Assembly: GCA_004144345.1 (NCBI GenBank)
Contig: SEEL01000014.1
Location: 17,626-81,625, forward strand
Direction of reading: 5' to 3'
DNA: 64,000 nucleotides
From: Hyphomicrobiales bacterium
GTDB taxonomy: Bacteria > Pseudomonadota > Alphaproteobacteria > Rhizobiales > Devosiaceae
Shown here one piece after another: positions 1 through 8,324 of this stretch. The notes beneath the pieces were generated by a model, which saw only the letters and a list, made by a program, of their open reading frames with translations, searched no databases and was not told where the DNA came from. The stretch's first letter is position 1. Each line of letters opens with the position of its first letter. Made by a program: the position numbers and the translations under genes.

Positions 1-2
1 AA

Positions 3-1625
3 CGCGACGACGTCATCATCGTCGCCTCCGTCTCCTGCATCTATGGCATCGGCTCGGTGGAAGACTACACCGCCATGACCTTCGACCTGCGCAAGGGCCA
101 GACCATCGACCAGCGCGAGCTCCTCCGCTCCCTGACGCAGCTCCAGTACAAGCGCGGCGACACCGGCTTCGTCCGCGGCACCTTCCGCGTCCGCGGCGAC
201 ACCGTCGAACTCTTCCCCGCCCACTATGAGGATGCCGCCTGGCGCATCACCCTGTTCGGCAACACCATCGAATCCATCGCCGAATTCGATCCGCTCACCG
301 GCAAGAAATCGTCCGACCTCATCTTCGTGCGCATCTTCGCCAACAGCCACTACGTCACGCCCCGCGCCACCCTCACCGGCGCCATCAAGCTGATCCGCGC
401 CGAACTCGCCGCGCGCCTCCAGGAGCTCAACGGCGCCGGCCGCTTCCTCGAAGCCCAGCGCCTCGAACAGCGCACTTTGTTCGATCTCGAAATGATGGAA
501 GCCACCGGCTCCTGCGCCGGCATCGAGAATTACTCGCGCTACTTCTCCGGCCGCAAACCCGGCGAGCCGCCGCCGACCCTGTTCGAATATCTCCCCGACA
601 ACGCCCTCGTCTTCATCGACGAAAGCCACGTCACCATCGGTCAGCTCGGCGCCATGTATCGCGGCGACCTTCGCCGCAAGGCCACCCTCGCCGAGTATGG
701 CTTCCGCCTGCCCTCGGCCATGGACAACCGCCCGCTCCGCTTCGAGGAGTGGAACGCCATGCGCCCGCAGACCATCTATGTCTCGGCCACCCCCGGCGCC
801 TGGGAACTCGAACAGGCCGGCGGCGTCTTCGCCGAACAGGTCATCCGCCCCACCGGCCTCACCGATCCCCCGGTCGAAATCCGCCCGGCCAAGACCCAGG
901 TCGATGACGTCGTCGACGAGATCCGCCAGACGACGAAAGCCGGCTACCGCACCCTCGTCACCGTCCTCACCAAGAAGATGGCGGAAGATCTCACCGAATA
1001 CATGCATGAGCAGGGCATCAAGGTCCGCTACATGCACTCCGACATCGACACCATCGAGCGCATCGAGATCATCCGCGATCTGCGCTTAGGCGCCTTCGAT
1101 GTGCTGGTGGGCATCAACCTCCTGCGCGAAGGCCTCGACATCCCCGAATGCGCCCTCGTCGCCATCCTCGACGCCGACAAGGAAGGCTTCCTGCGTTCAG
1201 AGACGTCCCTGATCCAGACCATCGGCCGCGCCGCGCGTAACGTCGACGGCAAGGTGATCCTCTATGCCGACCGCGAAACCGGCAGCATGGAACGCGCCCT
1301 CGCCGAAACCAACCGGCGTAGAGAGAAGCAGATCGCCTACAACGAGGCGAACGGCATTACACCGCAGAGCGTCAAGTCCAACATCAAGGAGATCGTCGAC
1401 AGCGTCTACGAAAAGGACCACGTCACGGTCTCGATCGGCAAGGACAAGGCTGGCAAAGAGCAAATCCAGGTCGGCGCCAACCTCCAGGCCGTCATCAAGG
1501 ACATGGAAAAGCAGATGCGTGAAGCGGCCACGAACCTCGAATTCGAACGCGCGGCAAGGCTACGCGACGAAATCAAGCGCCTGCGCGAAGCGGAATTGGA
1601 TGTGCTGGAGGGGAGTGGGGATTAG
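3..1625 (+). CDS. uvrB: Excinuclease ABC subunit B, 5'-truncated by the window edge
   Basis: Open frame from base 3 ([18 protein letters not shown]); helicase motifs [34 protein letters not shown]; C-terminal UVR coil [17 protein letters not shown]. Confidence 0.98.
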   Translation, partial: RDDVIIVASVSCIYGIGSVEDYTAMTFDLRKGQTIDQRELLRSLTQLQYKRGDTGFVRGTFRVRGDTVELFPAHYEDAAWRITLFGNTIESIAEFDPLTGKKSSDLIFVRIFANSHYVTPRATLTGAIKLIRAELAARLQELNGAGRFLEAQRLEQRTLFDLEMMEATGSCAGIENYSRYFSGRKPGEPPPTLFEYLPDNALVFIDESHVTIGQLGAMYRGDLRRKATLAEYGFRLPSAMDNRPLRFEEWNAMRPQTIYVSATPGAWELEQAGGVFAEQVIRPTGLTDPPVEIRPAKTQVDDVVDEIRQTTKAGYRTLVTVLTKKMAEDLTEYMHEQGIKVRYMHSDIDTIERIEIIRDLRLGAFDVLVGINLLREGLDIPECALVAILDADKEGFLRSETSLIQTIGRAARNVDGKVILYADRETGSMERALAETNRRREKQIAYNEANGITPQSVKSNIKEIVDSVYEKDHVTVSIGKDKAGKEQIQVGANLQAVIKDMEKQMREAATNLEFERAARLRDEIKRLREAELDVLEGSGD

Positions 1626-2218
1626 CTGGTCGAATTACCGAACTCATGCTGCCGCGCGTCTCGGTCGTCGATGCTCAGCGTTCGTCGAAAGTCGTCCCTA
1701 TTGCAATTGTAGCGATGACAAAAATTGGTAGTCTGATCGACACCGAAGCCATCGTCGTAAGTCACCAATCCCCAGACAAAGCAGTATGATTCGCCAGTGG
1801 CACCAATTGGCGGCGTGCCTCGTGCCATTGTTCCCCGCGCGCCGACAATCTGGCTTCCTCGACGGATCGATGGGATTGCGAAATCTTGTTTGTCGCCATC
1901 GTTCGACATCTCAATGCAGAGGACCCATCTCAAGTTTCTAGCAGGGAGGACCCCAGAGTTCACAATCGCTACGTGGCCAAGGAAGCGATTGGCCTCGCCA
2001 CGCCAAGGAGACAAACCTCTTGGCTCCACACTAACGTAGGCCCGATTCATGAAACGCGAATCTACAAATTGCTGGCGCGCCACAAGGACCAGCATGAACG
2101 TCGCCACGGCCAAGAGCGCCGTGGAAAGGGTCAACCACAGCGTATAGTACGTGAGTTGATCATTTTGTCCTGAAGGAACGTTCTTCCAGGCCACAATTAC
2201 AATTGCGACGAAAGCCAA
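1622..2218 (-). CDS. Hypothetical membrane-anchored protein; true start uncertain, possibly frameshifted from ATG 2256/2265
   Basis: 198-aa ORF with two N-terminal hydrophobic segments, low-GC codon usage, TTG start with no clear RBS. Confidence 0.65.
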   Translation of the reverse strand: MAFVAIVIVAWKNVPSGQNDQLTYYTLWLTLSTALLAVATFMLVLVARQQFVDSRFMNRAYVSVEPRGLSPWRGEANRFLGHVAIVNSGVLPARNLRWVLCIEMSNDGDKQDFAIPSIRRGSQIVGARGTMARGTPPIGATGESYCFVWGLVTYDDGFGVDQTTNFCHRYNCNRDDFRRTLSIDDRDARQHEFGNSTS

Positions 2219-2300
2219 GGCCCCAACTGCCAGTGCACTACGGACCAGCTTTTCATTTGTGCCATTCTATCCACGATCAGGTACGGCGTTCCGATAAGCT

Positions 2301-3329
2301 CTAGCGGGCCAGCCAAGCCCTGAATGAGGCGTCTAGGATTTCGGCGCGCTGATTATGCGACCAGTCATCGTTTACGCTCCGAGACGCTTGTCGATAAGCC
2401 GCGTAGTCTGTGTCCTCGCGGTTCAACTCTTTGTCCAAGTTCAGTTCCGACTGAAACTCCTCTAGAAACTGACGGAAAATTCCAAGGCGCTTTGCCGATT
2501 GGTCGCGGCAAACCCAATAGTAGACTGGTATCTGACCCTGCGACGAAAGAAGCGGATCTCGATTGCCAAAAACGCTGCGCATCTTGTCCAGTCCGGAAAG
2601 CGTCTTCTGGAATGCCACTTTAATCTGGCCCTCGTCGGCTTCGCGCACCATGTCGTCTAGCGAGACCTTTTTGGTATCTACAGGCCCTTCTGAAAGCTCA
2701 AATATTAGCAGCTTGGCTGCCGCGTTAAGGTTCTGACCGCGCTTCGTTTGATAGCGAACGCACTCTGCGAAGAATTCGTGTTCGGCAATCCGGCGAAGCA
2801 TCTTTGGCACAGGACCAATCATCGCATTTCGCTTCTCAGCGCCAGTTAGATTCGCGCCCTTGTTCAGCCGCACAAAGAGTTCGTTGATCTTCTCTAACTC
2901 GTCGGTAACGACATGCATGATCGGCATCGGATACTCTTCAATGACAGCCGCGACAGCCTCGTGCGATCTCTGCAGGTCCTTATAGTACAATCCCCTAAGA
3001 GCCAGATTTTCATTCTTTTGATACTGGAATTTTCTGCTCAGAGGATAATCGTTACTCAAGAATCCAAATATCGCTTCAATTCTCTGCTTTCCGTCAATAA
3101 CAGCAAACTGTAGGTTATCTTCGTTTATGACGCTCTTTATCGTCGTGAAATCCGCCAAGTATAGTTTTGGGATATCGTACTCGTTAAGTATTGAGTCGAT
3201 GAGGTACTGCTTATCCTCAAGCGACCAAATACCGCCAGAGCGCTGATACTCAGGCTCCATGTCGATACGGTTTCTTATGCTAAACCAGTATCTTGCGGAT
3301 TTTAGGTTTCTAGCCTGTACCTCAAACAT
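2301..3329 (-). CDS. DUF262 (GmrS/ParB-like) domain protein
   Basis: Motifs PEYQR..IW...KQYLIDSIL...IP, AVIDGKQRIEAI, ELFVRLNKG..LT.AEKRNA; start reassigned to ATG 3329, 1 nt after the FRG stop. Confidence 0.85.
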   Translation of the reverse strand: MFEVQARNLKSARYWFSIRNRIDMEPEYQRSGGIWSLEDKQYLIDSILNEYDIPKLYLADFTTIKSVINEDNLQFAVIDGKQRIEAIFGFLSNDYPLSRKFQYQKNENLALRGLYYKDLQRSHEAVAAVIEEYPMPIMHVVTDELEKINELFVRLNKGANLTGAEKRNAMIGPVPKMLRRIAEHEFFAECVRYQTKRGQNLNAAAKLLIFELSEGPVDTKKVSLDDMVREADEGQIKVAFQKTLSGLDKMRSVFGNRDPLLSSQGQIPVYYWVCRDQSAKRLGIFRQFLEEFQSELNLDKELNREDTDYAAYRQASRSVNDDWSHNQRAEILDASFRAWLAR

Positions 3330-3330
3330 G

Positions 3331-4128
3331 CTAATATCCGTACTTTCCGCGTATCTCGGTCGCAAGGCCATCCAAGTCGGGGAATACGCTTGAGTATGTT
3401 ACTCCATAGTGCTGCAAGTCGGCATACACCCCAAGGGCCGCGGTTGGTTTAATCTCAATCTTTGTCAGCGGCACATCAGTATTCCATGCTTTATGACCTT
3501 CACAAAATTGCTCCAGAGATTTCTTCTGCGGGCCAAATATAACGAACTTTCCGCGCTGGGCGTTTATCCTAGGGTTGTTGATGACACCCTCGATCCCGAG
3601 TGGCTCGGACCGACGACTCCCCGTGGCGAGAGGATGATACTGGGCAACAGTGGTGTCGTCTGTTGGGTAAACCAGTTGAGGCCCACTTATGTCGTGCAGC
3701 ATTCCCTCGTTCCATCGAGCGGGGTCGAGAACCCAGAGGACTGGCGGCTTAGCCTTGGGTCCGTTCTTGAAACTACTGAGAGCGAAAAAAAGCCCAACAA
3801 GGGGACTGGCGGTCCAGTCCAGCAGCCTCGTAGGAAGTCGATAGTGCTGCATCAGGAACAACTGATCCCACAAATCCACCCTAACCAAGCTATCGTACAT
3901 GGGAGAGCGGAAGTGAAAGTCCTTGTACAGCCGCGCCTCCTTGGCGGAGATGTCTGCTATGGGCGCATCTAGGCGATGCAGTCCTGGTGCGAGCACGTAG
4001 GAATTGCTGCTGTGTCCCCGGTACCACAGCTCTCTATCAGGCCTAAGCGCTCTAACCGCCTCGATTGAGTCGATCACTGATCGGAATGAGTCTGCAGTAA
4101 GGGTTTTAATATTGCTGTTCTTGGACAA
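3331..4128 (-). CDS. FRG-domain protein
   Basis: WYRGH near N-terminus, MQHYRLPTRLLDWTASPLVGLFFAL, NPRINAQRGKF, C-terminal GVTYSSVFPDLDGLA. Confidence 0.9.
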   Translation of the reverse strand: MSKNSNIKTLTADSFRSVIDSIEAVRALRPDRELWYRGHSSNSYVLAPGLHRLDAPIADISAKEARLYKDFHFRSPMYDSLVRVDLWDQLFLMQHYRLPTRLLDWTASPLVGLFFALSSFKNGPKAKPPVLWVLDPARWNEGMLHDISGPQLVYPTDDTTVAQYHPLATGSRRSEPLGIEGVINNPRINAQRGKFVIFGPQKKSLEQFCEGHKAWNTDVPLTKIEIKPTAALGVYADLQHYGVTYSSVFPDLDGLATEIRGKYGY

Positions 4129-4141
4129 TTCGGCCCCGAAA

Positions 4142-4188
4142 CATCTAGAATTCCAGACATTACTATCGTCCCAAGGGGATTCTAGATG
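4142..4188. repeat. Inverted repeat just upstream of the FRG start
   Basis: CATCTAGAAT (4142-4151) and ATTCTAGATG (4179-4188) are exact reverse complements; extendable to 13 bp with one G-U pair. Confidence 0.8.
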
Positions 4189-4436
4189 GAAGAGACCGGT
4201 TCCACTGGATTTTGGTGATTGTCGCGGCTCCTACACGAAGAGCAATCTGCCTGATCCCAACTCCACTATCGTCCGCGCCCCTTATCGAGTCACGGAATCC
4301 GCAGAACGTGAACTGCTCGCCCGTCGAGGCTGAAATCCCGCTACACTTCACAACAAGATTCCGGCAGAACCCACTGCCCCCATTCAGCAATCCAAGAAAT
4401 ATCCGAAAACTTATCCACGTCCCCCTGGACCGCCCG

Positions 4437-4442
4437 CATAAT
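4437..4442 (+). promoter_or_regulatory. Putative -10 element (CATAAT) for the structured RNA
   Basis: Ends 7 nt before G4449, the first base of the first stem; no convincing -35. Confidence 0.4.
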
Positions 4443-4448
4443 GCCCTC

Positions 4449-4850
4449 GCTGCCGCCGTATAGCCCGGCGTACCGACGAAGTGCGGGTGGCAGCGGCGGG
4501 GGCGGTGTGGTCGCACATCGTATGGTCCAGCCTTGGGGTACCCGTTGGTGAGCGACTGGGCGGTGTCAGAGACCGCGCCAGACCCGCAATAAGCCCTCGC
4601 GCGCCCCACTGGTTCCTCACATCCCGTCAGCGGCATCCCCCAGCGGGGGACCGGTCGAGCCGAGGCTCGGTTGGTCACAGCGCAGGGGTAAGCGCGGAGC
4701 GTCTCGAACGCTTCGCCAAAGCATCGGAGGCGCTCCGCGCTTCCGTCCGGGGACGCTTGTCCCCGGCAAGGGAACAACCGGGGTCGCAAGACTGCCGGAA
4801 ACCTCCGCACGCCCCTACGCAGGCGAGCTACATCGGATCACCCGCAGCGC
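4449..4850 (+). ncRNA. Candidate large structured non-coding RNA, family not recognised; 3' end approximate
   Basis: Stems 4449-4457/4486-4494, 4499-4504/4602-4607, 4505-4518, 4560-4576, 4650-4675, 4692-4705/4727-4740, 4747-4766, 4778-4798 (GCAA loop), 4680-4688/4812-4820; G-U pairs consistently on the + strand; no protein-like ORF. Confidence 0.6.
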
Positions 4851-4863
4851 ACAAACAATTCCC

Positions 4864-4889
4864 GCAACCCCTGCCCGGCCCTCGCGTTT
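4864..4889 (+). promoter_or_regulatory. Putative EcfG/sigmaT (general stress response) promoter
   Basis: GCAAC-N15-GCGTTT, one mismatch to the GGAAC-N15/16-gcgTT consensus, directly upstream of a general stress protein gene. Confidence 0.55.
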
Positions 4890-4923
4890 GCCAAGCACAC
4901 TTCAAACTATAGGAGCGGCAACA

Positions 4924-5433
4924 ATGCCCCATGAAAAGCAGCAGGAAACCGACATGAGCCCGGCCGAGATTGCCGACCGCGTCTGGGAGCTGGCCAAGAG
5001 AATCGACTTCTGCATGTTCGACACCTGGGACGGCAGCAAGCAGCAATCGCGCCCGCTCAGCTCGCGCGTCTTCCGCGACGAGCACGCCATCTATTTCCTC
5101 ACCTCCGCCACGAGCCACAAGCTCGAGCAGATCGAACAATATCCGCGGGTGAATCTCGCTTATGCCGATACCGGCTCGATGAAGTTCGTCTCCATCTCGG
5201 GCGACGCGACCGCCAGCAATGACCGCGCCAAGATCAAGGAATTGTGGTCGCCCTTCGACAAGGCCTGGTGGGACGATGAGAACGATCCCGACATCCGCCT
5301 GATCACCGTGCGGCCCGATAGTGCCGAGCTGTGGGACTCGCCCAACAAGGCCATCGCGTTTTCGGCCATGCTGGTCTCGGCCGTCACCGGCGCCAAGCCC
5401 AAATTTGGCGACAACGCCACGGTGCAGCTCTAG
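4924..5433 (+). CDS. General stress protein 26 / pyridoxamine 5'-phosphate oxidase-like FMN-binding protein
   Basis: RBS AGGAG; SRPLS, IYFLT, PRVNLAY, IKELWSPFDKAWW...DPDIRLITV..DSAELWD. Confidence 0.85.
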   Translation: MPHEKQQETDMSPAEIADRVWELAKRIDFCMFDTWDGSKQQSRPLSSRVFRDEHAIYFLTSATSHKLEQIEQYPRVNLAYADTGSMKFVSISGDATASNDRAKIKELWSPFDKAWWDDENDPDIRLITVRPDSAELWDSPNKAIAFSAMLVSAVTGAKPKFGDNATVQL

Positions 5434-5452
5434 AAATGGATGCGTTCGGGCG

Positions 5453-5809
5453 TCAGCTGTCCCGCAGCCGGCGCCTGAGCGCGTTCACCGAGGCCTCGAC
5501 CCCGTCGAGCGCCTTCTCCACATCGCTGACCCGCGAATGGCCGGCGACCATGCGGGGCGCATCCATCAGCCCCATCACCAGCGCCACCCGCGCCTCCTGC
5601 ACTTCGCGCATGATGACTTCGCAGCGATCCAGCATGCGCTGCCGCTCGGCCGTACTGAAACGGCGTTCTGCAATCACGGCATATTGGGCGAGGTCGCTGC
5701 GCCAGGCCGGAAAGCGGGACACCGTATCGGCGATCGCCTGCCGGGCCTCGGCATTGCTGGTATCGGTCTTGCGGCGCGGCCGCTCGACCTCCTGTTCCTG
5801 CATATCCAT
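5453..5809 (-). CDS. Hypothetical helical protein
   Basis: ORF from MDMQEQEVER; host-like codon usage; upstream extension looks non-coding. Confidence 0.6.
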   Translation of the reverse strand: MDMQEQEVERPRRKTDTSNAEARQAIADTVSRFPAWRSDLAQYAVIAERRFSTAERQRMLDRCEVIMREVQEARVALVMGLMDAPRMVAGHSRVSDVEKALDGVEASVNALRRRLRDS

Positions 5810-6175
5810 CAGCGGAACCTGCCGGTGCGGACCGGCAGCAGCAGGCGTGCGGCGCTCAGCGCCATGAAGGGGAGACAAAGAGCAAAAGCAATATCGGCCG
5901 TCAGCAAGATTTCCTCCGCAATAGATGTCCGCCACGCAGGATGCATGCCGGCCGAATCCCATTCATTGCGCAGGAGAACGCCCGGAACACGAATCCCATC
6001 ACCGAACGCAAATCGGCGGCCGTCCCGGTCTAGGCATCACCAGATCACCCTATGGTCCGGCATGACAGTAACTTGTGTGAATCGCGATGGTTCCATCCGG
6101 CCGCCGCGCCAAACTCCCCTTGCCCGCCAGCGGCTTGCCGCCCGTACACAATTTCATGAGCGGCCGGCAGCGCGC

Positions 6176-6811
6176 CTATTCGAGCGAGCGCAGATAAGCC
6201 ACGATCGCCGCCGCCTGCTCCGGCTCGAACGCGAATTCCGGCATGTCCGGATGGCCGCTCACCAGCCCTTCGACCAGCCCTTCCTCGAGATCGCCCACAT
6301 CATAGCGCTCATCCAGCGTACGGAACGGCGGCGCCGCCTCATGCGCGCTGGCATCGTCGCGGCCGATGGCGTGGCAGGCCCCGCAATAGGTCTCGACGAG
6401 CGTCTGGCCGAGCTGCAGTTCGACCTGCGCCGGTGTCTGGAAGGTCATGATGTACGCCACCACATCGGCGATATCGGCCTCGCCCTTCAGCCCGGAAAAG
6501 ATCATCCCCGTGCCCGGCTCGAAATGGCGCGGCTTGGCGATGAAGTCCGACACCGTTTCGGCCGTCCACACCAGCCCGCCATCGCCTGCCTCACGCAGCG
6601 CCGGGCTATACGGAAAATCCGCCACGCTCGCGGCGCGCCGGCCGAACAGGCCGGTCAGCACGGGCCCCTGCCGGTTGCGCGCCCCCTCGCCGATGTCGTG
6701 GCACAGCGCACAGCGCTCAAACACTTCGGCGCCCATGCCCACATCCTGCGCGGCCGCCGGGGCTGCCGCCAGCCCTGCCACCACCGCCATCATCGCCGCA
6801 AATCTGTACAT
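6176..6811 (-). CDS. Di-heme c-type cytochrome (cytochrome c2-like domain plus a second class I domain)
   Basis: Signal peptide; CALCH and CGACH; GPVLTGLFGRRA, GTGMIF, HPDMPEF. Confidence 0.9.
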   Translation of the reverse strand: MYRFAAMMAVVAGLAAAPAAAQDVGMGAEVFERCALCHDIGEGARNRQGPVLTGLFGRRAASVADFPYSPALREAGDGGLVWTAETVSDFIAKPRHFEPGTGMIFSGLKGEADIADVVAYIMTFQTPAQVELQLGQTLVETYCGACHAIGRDDASAHEAAPPFRTLDERYDVGDLEEGLVEGLVSGHPDMPEFAFEPEQAAAIVAYLRSLE

Positions 6812-6945
6812 CCGACACTCCTCGTCCGGCCGCAGCCTACCCGCCCGCCGCCGCCATGCCATTGATCCAGCGCAAATGCCAGCCGGCGGCATCGGGAGCC
6901 CAAGCTGCCGTCACCGCGTTAAAACCCCGTAACAAGGAGCCCTCC

Positions 6946-7173
6946 ATGTCCCGCCCCGAATCCGCCCATGTCACCGCGCTGAAGTCGTTCCGCGACCGCC
7001 TCGTCGACGCGCGCCGCGCCGCCGTGCTCGAGACCAATCTCGATACGGCCCGCCAGCGCTTCGCCGAGATCCAGTCCGCTCTTGCGCTGGTCGAGCGCGC
7101 CATCGAAAATGAACTCGACCTCACGCCCCTGCCCACGGTCGATGATCCCACCGCGCCCGAGCCGCAAGTCTAG
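6946..7173 (+). CDS. Small hypothetical protein
   Basis: RBS AAGGAG, 75-aa ORF. Confidence 0.65.
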   Translation: MSRPESAHVTALKSFRDRLVDARRAAVLETNLDTARQRFAEIQSALALVERAIENELDLTPLPTVDDPTAPEPQV

Positions 7174-7192
7174 CTGTCCCAGGAGATCGCCC

Positions 7193-7558
7193 ATGCGTCA
7201 CCCCACTCTCGCCCTTCTCGCCGCCGGTGCAGTGCTGCTCGCCGGCCTCGCCGCCGCCTCCCCGGCGCTCGCCGATCGTCCCACCGCCCGTTCCTCCGGT
7301 GTGCAGGCCGTCCACCTCTTCCCGCGCAGCGGCTCCGCCGTCATCGACAAGCTCCGGAACAATGAGCGGGTCTATCTCGACCGCTGCACCCGCAAGGCAC
7401 GCTGGTGCCTTGTCCGCCAGCTCGACGGCGGCCCCTCCGGCTGGGTTCCCGGCAGCTGGCTCATCGGCTCCCCGGCCAAGGTCCAGGTCACGCCGTTCGA
7501 ATTCTCCTTCGATCCGCTGGACCCGATTCCTAACAATTTTCCGAAAATCTGGAACTAA
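7193..7558 (+). CDS. Secreted SH3b-like domain protein
   Basis: RBS AGGAG, signal peptide, C.....WCLV......SGWV.GSWL. Confidence 0.7.
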   Translation: MRHPTLALLAAGAVLLAGLAAASPALADRPTARSSGVQAVHLFPRSGSAVIDKLRNNERVYLDRCTRKARWCLVRQLDGGPSGWVPGSWLIGSPAKVQVTPFEFSFDPLDPIPNNFPKIWN

Positions 7559-7646
7559 ACGGCCGCGTCAGCTTCGGTTCAGCCAGACCGGAATAGCGTT
7601 CGGGTCAAGGCAAGCGATTGCCCGCTCAACGCGAAAGGAATCTGAA

Positions 7647-8000
7647 ATGGCTCTTTCCCTGCTGAAGACCGGCGCCCTTGCCGCCACCGTGCTCGTCCTG
7701 TCCGTCAGCGGCGCCTTCGCCGCCACCTACGGCTATGTGAACTACGACACCAAGGTCAAAAAGACCTGGTCGTCCAACTCCCCCACCGTCGAGTGGGTCG
7801 AGGAAGGCGACTACGTCAAGGTGATCAACTACACCAACAAGAATGGCGGCTGGTTCCGCATCGACCCGCCCGGCCCGAACAATGCCGGCTGGGTGAAGAA
7901 GTCGGCCATCGATATCGATGACGACTATGATTACGATCCGAAGCCCGGCGTGCAGTTCTGCTTCACCGGCCCGCTCGGTTACGTCTGCATCAACCAGTAA
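7647..8000 (+). CDS. Secreted SH3b-like domain protein
   Basis: RBS AAAGGAA, signal peptide, GDYVKV...GWFRI.....GWVKKSAI, C-terminal FCFTGPLGYVC. Confidence 0.7.
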   Translation: MALSLLKTGALAATVLVLSVSGAFAATYGYVNYDTKVKKTWSSNSPTVEWVEEGDYVKVINYTNKNGGWFRIDPPGPNNAGWVKKSAIDIDDDYDYDPKPGVQFCFTGPLGYVCINQ

Positions 8001-8022
8001 GCCGACCGGTTCCCCTTACGCG

Positions 8023-8046
8023 CGCCGGCCTCCCGCGAGGCCGGCG
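8023..8046 (+). terminator. GC-rich hairpin, possible terminator
   Basis: CGCCGGCCTC/GAGGCCGGCG 10-bp stem after the stop at 8000; weak U-tract. Confidence 0.5.
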
Positions 8047-8096
8047 TTGCCGTTTGCCGGTCAAGCTCCTATCTTTTCGGGCAACGGAGACACGCC

Positions 8097-8321
8097 ATGG
8101 CCGAACAGGGCACCAAACCCTACCTCAAGCTCGCTTCCACTCTGGTGCTTTTGGGCATCGGCCTGTTCAGCCTCGAACAGTTCGGCCTCAGCCGCCTTGC
8201 CGGCCCGAACGGCAGCACGCATCTCGACGGCACCTTGCTGTCCATCCTCGTGCTGGCCCCCCTCGCCCTCGTGCTGGCCGGGGTGCTCACCTTCATCGTC
8301 GGCAAGATAAGGCGGCTCTAG
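8097..8321 (+). CDS. Small two-helix membrane protein
   Basis: RBS GGAG; two hydrophobic segments. Confidence 0.7.
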   Translation: MAEQGTKPYLKLASTLVLLGIGLFSLEQFGLSRLAGPNGSTHLDGTLLSILVLAPLALVLAGVLTFIVGKIRRL

Positions 8322-8324
8322 CCG

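Noticed and set aside
4162-4274. Direct repeat ACTATCGTCC at 4162 and 4265 as CRISPR or att site
   Set aside because: Only two 10-bp copies, no array, no cas or integrase gene
4411-4419. DnaA-box-like TTATCCACG
   Set aside because: Single 8/9 match with no cluster or origin context
4481-4850. Group II intron (GTGCG at 4481) or group I intron (TCAGAGAC at 4566, CCCGCAGC at 4841)
   Set aside because: No domain V/VI, no RT ORF, group I P-Q-R-S elements are out of order, and no host gene is interrupted
4130-4850. Retron msr-msd linked to the FRG-DUF262 operon
   Set aside because: No reverse transcriptase in the window, and the structured element appears to be on the opposite strand from that operon
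4163-4912. ORFs 4163-4810 (-), 4481-4912 (+) and 4212-4463 (+) as proteins
   Set aside because: Arg/Pro/Ala-rich translations with no RBS or family motif; better explained by GC-rich structured non-coding sequence
5321-6865. Long alternative-frame ORFs (e.g. 5321-6865, 11679-13091, 46305-47834, 49755-52007, 54159-56051, 59188-60747, 60632-62476)
   Set aside because: Shadow ORFs antisense to or overlapping well-supported genes, expected at this GC content
6917-6935. TTAA-N6-GTAAC as a CtrA site
   Set aside because: Wrong spacing and a mismatch in the second half-site
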